In this document: piece by piece, positions 18,153 through 27,696 of the stretch
How positions within the stretch are numbered: position 1 is the stretch's first letter
Layout: every line of letters begins with the position of its first letter
Assembly (NCBI GenBank): GCA_037441145.1
Contig: JBBISR010000007.1
Span: 24,988 to 88,987 of the forward strand
Reading direction: 5' to 3'
Source of the DNA: Armatimonadota bacterium
Lineage (GTDB): Bacteria > Vulcanimicrobiota > Vulcanimicrobiia > Vulcanimicrobiales > Vulcanimicrobiaceae
Length of the DNA: 64,000 bases
The notes under the pieces: model-generated
Told to the model about the DNA's origin: nothing
Seen by the model: the letters and a program-made list of their open reading frames with translations, nothing else
Databases searched by the model: none
Position numbers and translations under genes: made by a program

Positions 18153-18713
18153 ATGACGGGGTTTGTGAAGATCGGGGTCATTGCGGCCTCGCTTGCGCTC
18201 GATGTGTTTGCCGTGTCGGCCGGCGTCGGCATGCGCGGAGGGATGTCCCCCCTGCAGAAAGTCCGCATCGGGCTATCGTTCGCGGCCGCGGAGGTTGGGA
18301 TGAACCTGATCGGCGTGCTACTCGGCGATGTCGCGGGCAAGCTGATCGGCGATTTCGCCGCATATCTCGGATTCGTCGCGCTGATCGGCGTCGGCGCCTA
18401 CATGATTTACGAGAGCGTTCGCGAGTCCGAAGGCGCGGGGCTCGATCTTTCCAAGGGTTGGGGGCTCTTTCTCGGCGCGCTCTCGATCAGTCTCGATTCG
18501 CTCGGTATCGGCTTCTCGATTCAATTCATCGGCGTACCGCTGCTCGTCTCGATGATCGTGATCGCCTGCGCGGCGCTCGTCTCGACGGCGGCGGGGCTCA
18601 CGTTAGGTCGCTTCCTCGGCGAGAAGATGGAAGCGCGCGCCGCACTTTCGGCGGGCGTCATCTTGGTGCTCACCGGCCTCGGCTTTGGTTACCTGCACGC
18701 AACCGCGCATTAG
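18153..18713 (+). CDS. mntP: manganese efflux pump MntP family protein
   Basis: Duplicated DUF204-type halves (SLALDVFAVSAGVG ... SISLDSLGIGFS) in a 186-aa protein with 6 TM segments. Confidence 0.8.
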   Translation: MTGFVKIGVIAASLALDVFAVSAGVGMRGGMSPLQKVRIGLSFAAAEVGMNLIGVLLGDVAGKLIGDFAAYLGFVALIGVGAYMIYESVRESEGAGLDLSKGWGLFLGALSISLDSLGIGFSIQFIGVPLLVSMIVIACAALVSTAAGLTLGRFLGEKMEARAALSAGVILVLTGLGFGYLHATAH

Positions 18714-18728
18714 GCGGCGGTAATCGCC

Positions 18729-20225
18729 GTGCGCCGCGTTCTCGTCGTCGGTTGCTTGTGGGCATGCGCGATGACGCTACTCGGGTTCGATCGATATGCG
18801 ACGTACCATGCGGGCGCGGACCTCGGGCTCTTCACGCAAACGCTGATGTCGGCGTTCTCGCAAGTGGCACCGTTTTCGAATACGCTCGAAGGCGGAAACC
18901 ACTTCACGTACCACTTTTCGCCGATTCTCTATGCGTTTGCACCCTTCGTGATCGCGGCGCAAAGCGGCTGGCCGCTGATCGTCGTGCAGGCGCTCGCGGG
19001 AGCGTTCGTCGCGCCGGCGATGTATCGGATCGCGCGCCAACGGTTCGAGGAACGGACGGCATCGCTCGTCGCGTTCGGAAGCCTCGCTTATCCGCCGCTC
19101 GTCGGCGTGACGTTCACCGATTTTCACGAAGCGGGGCTCCTGCCCGCCGCGACGCTCTGGCTGCTCGATGCGCTCGATACCAAGAGCTTCGCGCGCGCTG
19201 CGATCTTCGCGGCGATTTGCCTCGCGACGCGCGACGATCAGGGGGTGATCCTCGGTTTTCTCGGCATCGCCGCGATCGGTTACGGCTTCCGGCGCGGTGC
19301 TACGGGCACCATGCGCTTCGGGGCCGGACTTATCGGCGCAAGCGCGATCGTGTTCGTCGGCTACTTCGCGCTCGTACGCCCGCTCGCAGGCGGCACGGAC
19401 GGTTGGCACCCGCTCCATTTTTATGCGTGGAACGCGACGCCCGGCGAATCGATCGACGTACGCGGCCGCGTAACGTATCTGCTGGAAGCCTTCGCGCCGC
19501 TCGCGTTCGTGCCGGTGCTCGCTCCGGCGGTGGTGCTCGCGCTTCCGGGGTTCGCCGAAGTTCTCGGCTCGCACGAGTCGCTCACCTACACGATGGGCCA
19601 GCACTATCCGGGCGTGTGGATCGGCTTCGTGCTCTTCGCATTCGTGCTCGGCCTCGCGCGGATCGCGAAGCGCGCGCCGTCGCTTGCCACGCGGTATGCG
19701 ACGGGTTCGCTCGTCGTCTCGCTGTTGTGGCTTGCCGTCGCGAGCCCGACGCACTGGGGGCATTTTCTGCGCCTCCGGAACGCGCACGACGCGGCTCTGG
19801 ATCGTGCGGCGGCGAGCTTTCGCTACGAAAATCAGGTCGGGAAACGAACCGACGTTTCGGTCGGCACGTTCGACGAAATGTACGCGCATCTCGGCTACGA
19901 TCCGTGCGCGCAAATCGGGATCGCGCTGCGGCCGTGCTGGCGTTTTCCGGCCGCGCAAACCGCGCAGCGCACGCCTGCATCGGAGTCGGCGCGTGTCGAT
20001 TACGCGCTCTTCGATGCGCGTTACGATTCCGCGAGCTGGCGTGACGTGTATCGGCCGCAACTCGCGTACCTGCTCTGCGCGCGCGCGACGTCGGTTCGCG
20101 AAACGCGGCGAAGCGTCGTGACGACGGACGATGGCGTCGTCGCGCTTCGCCTCGGCTCGCTGCCCGACGATCGGACCACGGTGCGAAACCCCGATGGCAC
20201 GCCGTTCATCGCGTGCTCGACGTGA
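18729..20225 (+). CDS. DUF2079-family polytopic membrane protein
   Basis: The N-terminal pattern FDRYATYHAGADLGLFTQ...GNHFTYHFSPILY is typical of DUF2079. It has many TM helices. Confidence 0.75.
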   Translation: MRRVLVVGCLWACAMTLLGFDRYATYHAGADLGLFTQTLMSAFSQVAPFSNTLEGGNHFTYHFSPILYAFAPFVIAAQSGWPLIVVQALAGAFVAPAMYRIARQRFEERTASLVAFGSLAYPPLVGVTFTDFHEAGLLPAATLWLLDALDTKSFARAAIFAAICLATRDDQGVILGFLGIAAIGYGFRRGATGTMRFGAGLIGASAIVFVGYFALVRPLAGGTDGWHPLHFYAWNATPGESIDVRGRVTYLLEAFAPLAFVPVLAPAVVLALPGFAEVLGSHESLTYTMGQHYPGVWIGFVLFAFVLGLARIAKRAPSLATRYATGSLVVSLLWLAVASPTHWGHFLRLRNAHDAALDRAAASFRYENQVGKRTDVSVGTFDEMYAHLGYDPCAQIGIALRPCWRFPAAQTAQRTPASESARVDYALFDARYDSASWRDVYRPQLAYLLCARATSVRETRRSVVTTDDGVVALRLGSLPDDRTTVRNPDGTPFIACST

Positions 20226-21121
20226 AGGCTGCAACCGGCGGGGAGGCGCTCTACGAAACGGTAGCGGATGCCGCGTCGATCGCGGTCGTCGGCACGGCGA
20301 AAAACGTGGGCAAAACGGTGACGACGCGCGCGCTCGTACGCACGTTCACCGAGCGCGGAGCGACGATCGGGCTGACGTCGATCGGCCGCGACGGCGAACT
20401 CGCCGACGCGCTCGACGGTGCGGCCAAACCGCGGCTCTTCGTGCGGCCTGGAATGCTCGTCGCCACGGCGCGCGAGGTGCTCGCGCGTTCCCCTGGTTGC
20501 GAAATCGTGGAAACGCTCGGCGCGAGCGCGCTCGGGACGATCGCGATCGTACGCGTGTTACACGCGGCGTACTTAGAAATCGCGGGCGCCCCCACGGCGG
20601 CGGGCTTACGCGCGATCGTCGCGCGCCTTCGCGCCCATGGTGCGATGCCCGCGATCGTCGATGGCGCGATCGATCGCATCGCCGCGCTCGCGGGTGGCGA
20701 CGACGCGATCGTCGTTGCAACGGGCGCGGAGAGCGGCGCAACGGTTGAGGCAGTCGCGCGTGTGGCCGCCGACCTCGTCGCGCGTTTGCGCTTACCCGCC
20801 GCAACCGATGACGAACGCGCGGCCTGCGACGAGCGGATCGACGGTGCGCTCGATGCGTTGCATGCGGATCGTTTGTTTGCAAGCGTCGCCGGCCGCATCG
20901 TGATCGTGCGCGACCCGACGCGCGTCGCGATCCGTGGCCGCACGTTCGCACGGCTGTGCGCGCACGTACGGTTACGTTGCGACCGCGATTTGCGCGTCGT
21001 CGCGTGCACGACCTCGCCGCTCGCGCGCGGACATGTGCTCGACGCGCGCGCGCTCGTCGCAGCCGTCGCGCGTGCGACCGGATGCCCGACGTTCGATGTG
21101 CTCGCAGGCCTCGCCGCGTGA
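20222..21121 (+). CDS. P-loop protein with DTBS/CobQ-like GT-x3-VGKT motif
   Basis: IAVVGTAKNVGKTVTT resembles the BioD motif GTDTDVGKT seen in this same window. The GTG at 20222 forms a GTGA overlap with the DUF2079 stop. An alternative GTG lies at 20213. Confidence 0.6.
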   Translation: MKAATGGEALYETVADAASIAVVGTAKNVGKTVTTRALVRTFTERGATIGLTSIGRDGELADALDGAAKPRLFVRPGMLVATAREVLARSPGCEIVETLGASALGTIAIVRVLHAAYLEIAGAPTAAGLRAIVARLRAHGAMPAIVDGAIDRIAALAGGDDAIVVATGAESGATVEAVARVAADLVARLRLPAATDDERAACDERIDGALDALHADRLFASVAGRIVIVRDPTRVAIRGRTFARLCAHVRLRCDRDLRVVACTTSPLARGHVLDARALVAAVARATGCPTFDVLAGLAA

Positions 21122-22695
21122 TCTGCGACGATTTCACCGCGGAGCGCATCGGGCTTGCTGCGTTGCTCGCGGCGATCGCGCCCGTCGGGGATTTCGGTCG
21201 GCGATACGCGGATCGATTCGTGCCGTATGGCCCCGGTGACGAAACGCGCGCGACGACGGCAATCGCAGAAGTCATGGCAATCGCGCGCGCGATGACGGAT
21301 GACGGCGTCGCCGCGATCCGTAGCGCCTTGCGCGCGGTACCCGACCCGGCGCCACTCCTCGCGCGGGCGCGCGGCGGCGACGTGCCGAGCGACGTCGATC
21401 TCTACGAGCTTTCGCGCTTCGTTGCGAGCCTCGCGCGCGTGCGGCTCGCGTGCGAAGCCGGCGGCCTCGGGGGCGATCGCATGCCGCCGGATGCGGACGA
21501 TTTGCGGGCGCTCCTTGCGCCCGGGCAAACGTCGTACGGCTTCGCGCTCGCGCACGCGTTCGATCCGCGGCTCGCTCCCGCGCGCGCCGCGCTCGATGCG
21601 GCGCAAGGGCGGCTCGACGTCGAGCGAAACGCGCGCTTCGATGCGCTCGCGGAAGTGCTCGGCTCGCGTCCGCACGATGACGAATTCGTCGTCTTGCGCG
21701 ATGCCGTGGCCGCATTGCCGCGTACGGTGCGGATCGTGCGCGAGACGCCGACGTATTATCTCTGCACGCTCGTGCTCGACGGCACGCTGCTGGCCAACAC
21801 GCGCGACCGCGATGCGGTGTTCGATGCTTTGGCAAATATCGAAGAAGAAGTGCGCGCGCGTTTGGGCGATGCCGTTGCCGCCGAGTACGCGAACGTGCTA
21901 TTTACGACGGATGCGCTCGGCGCGCTCGATTGTTTTCTCGCTCGCGTCGCTTTCGCGCAGCGGTACGGCGGTTGCACGCCGAGGTTCGCGGCGCGCCGTG
22001 TCGCGATCGTCGATGCGACGTTCGTACCGTTACGCGAATCGCTCGCCGCGGCACGTCGCCCGCACATCCCGATCGCGTTAGCGTTCGATGGCACGGCGGT
22101 GCTGACGGGTCCGAATATGGGTGGGAAGAGTGCGGCGCTCGCGACGTGTGCGTTTCTGATACTGTGCGCGATGTACGGGGTGCCCCCGCCCGCGGCAAGC
22201 GCCACGCTCCCGTTGCCCGCGCGCATCGCATGGCTCGGCGGCGAATCGTCGAGCGATCGCGGGCGTTTGCTCTCGTCGTTCGGTGCCGATGTCGTGCGCG
22301 CGGCTTCGATTCTTCGCGACGACGTTTCGCAACTGATTCTCATCGACGAATTCGCGCGCACGACGGGACCGCGCGAAGGGCGCGCGCTCGTTCTCGCATT
22401 CGTCCGCGCGCTGGTGCGCCGTGGGTCGGTCGCACTCGTGGCAACGCACTTCGATGGCATCGCGGATGCGGCGGAGGTGACGCATCTCGCCGTCGCCGGC
22501 ATCGCAACGACGTTTCCCGCGATCGCGGATGGCGACCTCACGGCGGCGCTCGATGCACTTGCAGCCGCGATGGACTACCGTATCGTCGCGGTCGGTTCCC
22601 AAGCCGCGCCGCGTTCCGATGCGCTCGCGCTAGCGGCACTCCTCGGGATGGATGCCGAAGTCGTCGCCGACGCGCGCCGCGAGTACGAACGCTAG
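21118..22695 (+). CDS. MutS-related ATPase (domain V only; no mismatch-binding or Smr domain)
   Basis: Walker A is LTGPNMGGKSA, Walker B is LILIDEFARTTGPREG, followed by ATHF. The GTG at 21118 forms a GTGA overlap with the upstream P-loop gene stop. Confidence 0.75.
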   Translation: MICDDFTAERIGLAALLAAIAPVGDFGRRYADRFVPYGPGDETRATTAIAEVMAIARAMTDDGVAAIRSALRAVPDPAPLLARARGGDVPSDVDLYELSRFVASLARVRLACEAGGLGGDRMPPDADDLRALLAPGQTSYGFALAHAFDPRLAPARAALDAAQGRLDVERNARFDALAEVLGSRPHDDEFVVLRDAVAALPRTVRIVRETPTYYLCTLVLDGTLLANTRDRDAVFDALANIEEEVRARLGDAVAAEYANVLFTTDALGALDCFLARVAFAQRYGGCTPRFAARRVAIVDATFVPLRESLAAARRPHIPIALAFDGTAVLTGPNMGGKSAALATCAFLILCAMYGVPPPAASATLPLPARIAWLGGESSSDRGRLLSSFGADVVRAASILRDDVSQLILIDEFARTTGPREGRALVLAFVRALVRRGSVALVATHFDGIADAAEVTHLAVAGIATTFPAIADGDLTAALDALAAAMDYRIVAVGSQAAPRSDALALAALLGMDAEVVADARREYER

Positions 22696-23849
22696 CGGGT
22701 CTGGCGGTCGCACCGCGCGGCGGCGTTCGCAAGCGTGCAGCGATCGATGATGCTCGCGTCCGTTGCGTGCAGCGTGATGCGCCATCCCGCGCCCACGCGC
22801 TCGTAGACCGCGTAACCGAACGCGCGATCGACGGTGCTCCCGAGAACGGTACTTCCGGCGACGCTCGTCAGCTCGGTCGCGAGCTCCGTGCCGCTCGAGA
22901 GCTCGTCCCCACCCATGCCGTTGATGACGAGCGGCGGGTGGCCGTCGAGCGTGAAGGCGCCGAACACATGCACGTGCCCGGCAAGTAGCGCGGAAAATCC
23001 GGCGTAGCCGTCGCGCGTTGCGGCGGCCATCGTTGCGTTCATGTACGGCGGGCGATGCGTCACGAACCAACTGGGGCTCGTTCCCGCCGCAGCGAGATCG
23101 TGTGCCGCGGCGAGCTGTCGCGCGTAGGTCGGGACGTTCGCATCGGGCTTCGTGTCGTTTGCATACGAGTCGTCGAAGACCACCATGCGCAATCCCGGCA
23201 CGTCGATCGCAAAGGGCTCGGTGAACTCGACGCAATCCGTCGCAGTCGTCGCTTCGAGATACTGGAACCAACCGATGCCGCCGCGCTTGCACGATTCGTG
23301 ATTGCCGCGCGCCATGACGATCGGCGCGGCTTGCAACATCGGTGCTGCAGGCGCGAACCAGTCGGCGTTCCACGTCGCCCACGTGTCGCCGCTCGGGCTG
23401 CCCGCGCATGCGGCGTTTGCGGGCGGGCACGGCGTTTCGCGATAGATGTAATCGCCGACATGCACGATGAGATCGGGCTTTTCCGCCGCAACGGCTTTCG
23501 CGATCGTTGCGAACGGCCACGCGATCGGATCGTTGCATGCTTGTACGACGGGATTCTTCAAACGACAGCCGGTGTCGCCGAGCACGACGATGCGATCGGG
23601 GCGCGTCGCCATCGCCGGGTGCTGCAACGCGATCGTGCCGATCGTGAGCGGACCGTCGGCGCGAACCGGCGCGTCGCAGGCGACGTTCGGAAACGCCGCG
23701 GACGCTTTCGTCCGTGCGGTCATCGGGAGCTCGCCTGCGGCGCTCGTCACGCTCGGGCATGCGTCCGTCGCGATGGCACGCGCGTGTAGCGCTCCATCGG
23801 AGCCGTACTGAAGCCACGCGGAGAGGACCGTCGCGAGTACGAATTGCAT
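22692..23849 (-). CDS. secreted metallophosphoesterase
   Basis: Calcineurin-like motifs VVLGDTG, VHVGDYIY, ARGNHE and LLAGHVH. The N-terminus is hydrophobic. Confidence 0.75.
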   Translation of the reverse strand: MQFVLATVLSAWLQYGSDGALHARAIATDACPSVTSAAGELPMTARTKASAAFPNVACDAPVRADGPLTIGTIALQHPAMATRPDRIVVLGDTGCRLKNPVVQACNDPIAWPFATIAKAVAAEKPDLIVHVGDYIYRETPCPPANAACAGSPSGDTWATWNADWFAPAAPMLQAAPIVMARGNHESCKRGGIGWFQYLEATTATDCVEFTEPFAIDVPGLRMVVFDDSYANDTKPDANVPTYARQLAAAHDLAAAGTSPSWFVTHRPPYMNATMAAATRDGYAGFSALLAGHVHVFGAFTLDGHPPLVINGMGGDELSSGTELATELTSVAGSTVLGSTVDRAFGYAVYERVGAGWRITLHATDASIIDRCTLANAAARCDRQTR

Positions 23850-23852
23850 GCG

Positions 23853-24608
23853 CTACGGTTCGCCGAAGCGCGCCTCACCCGCCTCCGCAAGAGCCAGGGC
23901 GAAGCCGCCGAGATGCGGGATGCCGAGTTGCGCATACCCGATAGCCCGTGCCGCTTCGTCCCCGTACATCGCGGCGAAAAGCTCCGGCTCCGCGCGCGAG
24001 CTGCGAAAAGGATCGAGGGCGCGCGCGATCGCCGCAAGCTCGTCCGGTGCGAAGCGCGGGCCGCCGCCCGCAAACGTAAGCGCGATGCCTTCTTGGCGCA
24101 GCCGATCGTTCAGTGTTTCCGGAAGTCCGAAACGAAGTTGATGCAGCGTGCGCCGTACACCCGCATATACGGATGCGGTAATCGCATCGGGCGTCGGCGC
24201 ATCCGAGCCGAACACGAGCACGGGCACCCAGCCATTGCGCAAGACGTGCGTATTTTCGGGAAAGCGATTGCGCGCATCGGCCGACCAGCGGTTCGTCCAC
24301 GCACCCGCGACGTCGTCGGCGAAGGCGAGAAGCACGGTGAGCTCGTGCTCTGTGGCCGTTTCGCCTAATCGAGCACGCGCCGTAGCGAGCGCCGTCTCCG
24401 CAACGCGCTCGGCGCCCGCGGCGAGCAGGGCGTCGAGCGCGGCGACCGTCGCCTCGCCCGCCATCGGGTTCACATCCATGAGCGGTAAGCGCATCTCGCC
24501 CCTCGCGTCGCACATGAGCGCGAGGTACGCGGCCATGCGTTCGGGGCCGCGCGGTAGCGCGTAGATCTCGCGTATCGGCGCGAGCGTGGGCAGCAGGGTG
24601 AATGCCAT
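23853..24608 (-). CDS. hypothetical protein (251 aa)
   Basis: The ATG at 24608 gives MAFTLLPTLAPIREIYALPRGP. The composition is protein-like from there to the stop, whereas the upstream 237 codons of the ORF are Arg/Asp-rich and overlap the BKACE gene antisense. It ends 3 nt before the metallophosphoesterase start. Confidence 0.55.
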   Translation of the reverse strand: MAFTLLPTLAPIREIYALPRGPERMAAYLALMCDARGEMRLPLMDVNPMAGEATVAALDALLAAGAERVAETALATARARLGETATEHELTVLLAFADDVAGAWTNRWSADARNRFPENTHVLRNGWVPVLVFGSDAPTPDAITASVYAGVRRTLHQLRFGLPETLNDRLRQEGIALTFAGGGPRFAPDELAAIARALDPFRSSRAEPELFAAMYGDEAARAIGYAQLGIPHLGGFALALAEAGEARFGEP

Positions 24609-24662
24609 CGTACGGCGCCTCGTGCGGGAGCGAACGGGCCCGCGCGTACCGAACGACGCGCC

Positions 24663-25490
24663 ATGGATCCGCTCGTGATAACGGTTGCTCCGGTCGGCGC
24701 AGAAGTTCGCCCCGAGGACTCGCCATATCTGCCGGTCACGCCGCAGCAGCTCGCCGCAACGGCCGTTGCCTGCGCGGAAGCGGGCGCCGCGATCGTGCAC
24801 GTCCATTGCCGCACGGACGATGGAGCGAACACGCACGCGGTGGAGCGATTCCGCGAAGCGCACGAGGCGATCCGCGCGGCGACGGATCTCATCGTCCAGT
24901 TCTCGACCGGCGGCGCCGTCGGGATGACGCCCGCCGAACGCGCCGCGCCGCTCGCGCTTCGGCCGGAGATGGCGACGCTCTCCTGCGGCACCGTGAATTT
25001 CGGCGACGACGTGTTCGAGAATAGCTTCCCGATCATGCGTGGCATCCTCGCGGCGATCGTGGCGAACGGCGTCGTCCCCGAACTCGAATTCTTCGATCGC
25101 GGCCATGTTGCGAACGCCATACGGCTCGCGCGCGAGGGCGCACTCGCGTTGCCGCAGCACTGCGATATCGTGCTCGGCGTCCCCGGCGGCCTGGATGCGA
25201 CGGTCGAGAACCTCGTCGACTTCGTGCGCGCGCTCCCCGCGAAATGTACGTGGTCGGTCGCCGGGATCGGCCGCATGCAACTGCCCCTCGCGACGGTCGC
25301 GATCGCGATGGGCGGCCACGTCCGAGTCGGGCTCGAGGACAATCTCTGGTATGCGAAGGGCCGTCTCGCGCGGAACGATGAGCTGGTCGCGCGGGTCGCA
25401 CGCATCGCCGCCGAGCTCGGCCGGCCCGTCGCCACTCCGGCGCAGGCGCGCGAGATTCTCGGCATTTCGAACGGCGCGAGCGCTCGATAA
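24663..25490 (+). CDS. BKACE-family beta-keto acid cleavage enzyme (3-keto-5-aminohexanoate cleavage-like, DUF849)
   Basis: LVITVAPVGAE...PYLPVTPQQLA...AGAAIVHVHCR...VQFSTGG...GGHVRVGLEDNLW is the typical BKACE/Kce TIM-barrel pattern. Confidence 0.85.
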   Translation: MDPLVITVAPVGAEVRPEDSPYLPVTPQQLAATAVACAEAGAAIVHVHCRTDDGANTHAVERFREAHEAIRAATDLIVQFSTGGAVGMTPAERAAPLALRPEMATLSCGTVNFGDDVFENSFPIMRGILAAIVANGVVPELEFFDRGHVANAIRLAREGALALPQHCDIVLGVPGGLDATVENLVDFVRALPAKCTWSVAGIGRMQLPLATVAIAMGGHVRVGLEDNLWYAKGRLARNDELVARVARIAAELGRPVATPAQAREILGISNGASAR

Positions 25491-25551
25491 CCAAGGGATA
25501 ACGTAGGGCCCGTCTGAAGGGAGGCGGGTTCGTTTCCGGGGGTCTCAAGCA

Positions 25552-26523
25552 CTGCTCACGTACGTCGTCCGAAGAACGTTGCAGAACATCCCGCTTCTGC
25601 TCCTGATCTCGATCCTGCTCTACTATATTCTCAGCCAGGCGCCGGGCGGTCCGCTCGCGCCGTATCTGCAGAATCCGCACATCACCCCTGCGGATATCGA
25701 GCGCTTGAAGCACAACTTCGGGCTCGATCAACCGTTGCCGATCCGCTATGCGCGCTGGCTCGGGCACATCCTCACGGGCGATCTCGGTTATTCGAATTCG
25801 AATTCCGAGACCGTCGTCCAAGCGATCCTCGAGCGGATGCCCGCGACGTTCGAGCTGATGGGCGCTTCGTTCGTGCTCTCGTTGATCGTCGGCGTCGCCG
25901 CCGGTATCTTCTCGGCGATCCGCCCGTACACGCCGTTCGATTACATCGTTACCTCGTTTGCGTTCTTCGGTCAGTCGATGCCCGTGTTCTGGTTCGCGCT
26001 GATGATGCAGCTGGCGTTTGCGGTGTATGGCTTCACGGGATTCGGCGTGCACGTCGCGCTGCCGTCGGCGAGCATCTGTTATACGGACGAGTGCCCGCTC
26101 TGGGATCGGCTCGAACACCTCGTGCTTCCCACGATCACGCTCTCGCTGCTCTACATCGCGCAGTGGAGCCGCTTCATGCGCTCCTCGATGCTCGAAGTCG
26201 TCAAGACGGACTACATGCGTACGGCGCGAGCGAAGGGGCTCGCATCGACCCTCGTCGTGATGAAGCACGGCTTCCGAAACGCGCTCATCCCGCTCGTCAC
26301 GATCATCGCGCTCTCGCTCCCCGGCATCTTCGCGGGCGCGATCGTCACCGAAACGATCTTCGCCTGGCCCGGCATGGGACGGCTCTTTTTCAACGCCCTC
26401 GGTCAGCAAGATTTCTCGCTGCTGATGGGCTACCTGATGTTCGTCTCGTTCCTCGTCGTGTTCTTCAACCTACTCGCGGATGTCGTCTACGCGTGGCTCG
26501 ATCCGCGCGTGAAATACAGCTAG
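25552..26523 (+). CDS. ABC peptide/nickel-type permease (DppB/OppB-like); probable non-canonical start
   Basis: Shows the OppB-like pattern throughout. The track start (TTG 25579) truncates the conserved N-terminus. The in-frame upstream codons read LLTYVVRRTLQNIPLL with CTG at 25552 and no ATG/GTG/TTG back to the TAG at 25504. Confidence 0.8.
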   Translation: MLTYVVRRTLQNIPLLLLISILLYYILSQAPGGPLAPYLQNPHITPADIERLKHNFGLDQPLPIRYARWLGHILTGDLGYSNSNSETVVQAILERMPATFELMGASFVLSLIVGVAAGIFSAIRPYTPFDYIVTSFAFFGQSMPVFWFALMMQLAFAVYGFTGFGVHVALPSASICYTDECPLWDRLEHLVLPTITLSLLYIAQWSRFMRSSMLEVVKTDYMRTARAKGLASTLVVMKHGFRNALIPLVTIIALSLPGIFAGAIVTETIFAWPGMGRLFFNALGQQDFSLLMGYLMFVSFLVVFFNLLADVVYAWLDPRVKYS

Positions 26524-26530
26524 GGGCACC

Positions 26531-27457
26531 ATGGCAGCAACGATTCCGGTGATGCCCGCGCCCGGCGTCCGCGACGACGACGATGTCGCCATCTCGCGTA
26601 ACGTCACGATCAAGCGCTTCCGCAAACACAAGCTCGCGCTGATCGGCGCGGTCGTGATCGTCCTGATCGTACTCGCCGCCGTGTTTGCGCCGCTCCTGCA
26701 CCTGCAAGATCCGAATGCCATCGACAACGTGCACTGGAACGGCACGCCGCTCGCGCCCGGGCAGTTCGGGCACATCCTCGGGATCGATGAAAACGGGCGC
26801 GATCTGCTCTCGCGCCTGGTCTACGGCGCGCAGATCTCGCTTACGGTCGCGGTCTTCGCCGTCGTCATGGAACTCGCGATCGGCATCTTCATTGGGGCGA
26901 TCTCGGGCTATTACGGCGGCTGGGTCGATTTCTGGCTCATGCGCCTCACCGACGTGTTTCTCTCGATCCCGCTGCTCCCGCTCTTGCTCATGCTCACGGC
27001 GATTGTCGCGGCGTCCTCGAACAAGGCCGCGCTCAACTTCAGCGTCATCGTGGCCATCATCGGCGGCCTGAGCTGGCCCGCAACGGCACGCCTCGTACGC
27101 GCCTCGTTCTTACAGCTTCGCGAGCGCGAATTCACCGAAGCCGCGCGGGCGATCGGCAACCGGGACGGCCGGATCATCTTCCGGCATCTGCTCCCGAACG
27201 CCGTCGCTCCGATCATCGTGCAGGGCACGCTCGAAGTAGCGAACGTCATCATCCTCGAATCGACGCTCTCGTTTTTGGGCTTCGGCATCCAGCCGCCGAC
27301 CGCAAGCTGGGGGAACATGCTCGCAAACGCGCAAGCGAACCTCACGCTCGCCCCGTGGGCCGCGATCTTCCCGGGGCTCGCGATCTTCGTCACGGTGCTC
27401 TCGATCAATTACCTCGGCGACGGCCTCCGCGACGCCCTCGACCCCAATATGAAGTGA
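26531..27457 (+). CDS. ABC peptide/nickel-type permease (DppC/OppC-like)
   Basis: OppC-like N-terminal domain and an EAA region (FTEAARAIGNRDGRIIFRHLLPNAVAPIIV). Confidence 0.85.
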   Translation: MAATIPVMPAPGVRDDDDVAISRNVTIKRFRKHKLALIGAVVIVLIVLAAVFAPLLHLQDPNAIDNVHWNGTPLAPGQFGHILGIDENGRDLLSRLVYGAQISLTVAVFAVVMELAIGIFIGAISGYYGGWVDFWLMRLTDVFLSIPLLPLLLMLTAIVAASSNKAALNFSVIVAIIGGLSWPATARLVRASFLQLREREFTEAARAIGNRDGRIIFRHLLPNAVAPIIVQGTLEVANVIILESTLSFLGFGIQPPTASWGNMLANAQANLTLAPWAAIFPGLAIFVTVLSINYLGDGLRDALDPNMK

Positions 27458-27495
27458 CGATAGCGACCGTCGAGAGCGCCCGCTAACGACGGGTC

Positions 27496-27524
27496 TTGAA
27501 ATGCGTGGGGGTTTCGGGTACACT
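27496..27524 (+). promoter_or_regulatory. candidate sigma-70 promoter upstream of tRNA-Leu
   Basis: TTGAAA (27496-27501), a 17-nt spacer, then TACACT (27519-27524), lying ~78 nt upstream of the mature tRNA 5' end. Confidence 0.3.
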
Positions 27525-27602
27525 ACCGAGGTTGTTGTCCTGGGCGCGAGCCGAGGACTCTACCAAACAACCGGTGCCGTTTCGACGGCGTTCGTGAATC
27601 GT

Positions 27603-27689
27603 GCGTGGGTGGCGGAATTGGTAGACGCACTAGCTTGAGGTGCTAGCGCTCGCAAGGGCGTGCTGGTTCGAGTCCAGTCTCGCGCACCA
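27603..27689 (+). tRNA. tRNA-Leu (anticodon GAG), CCA encoded
   Basis: Hand-folded cloverleaf. Acceptor stem GCGTGGG/CTCGCGC (two G-U pairs). 3-bp D stem. Anticodon stem CTAGC/GCTAG with loop TTGAGGT. Long variable arm (CGCTCGCAAGGGCGT). T arm GCTGG-TTCGAGT-CCAGT. Discriminator A, then CCA. Confidence 0.9.
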
Positions 27690-27696
27690 TCGTTCG

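Noticed and set aside
18458-21675. ORFs 18458-20044 (+), 18777-20234 (-) and 20251-21675 (-), each ~470-530 aa
   Set aside because: They are alternative frames or strands of the DUF2079, P-loop and MutS-like genes. They are Arg-rich, whereas the chosen frames carry recognisable motifs and consistent 4-nt junction overlaps.
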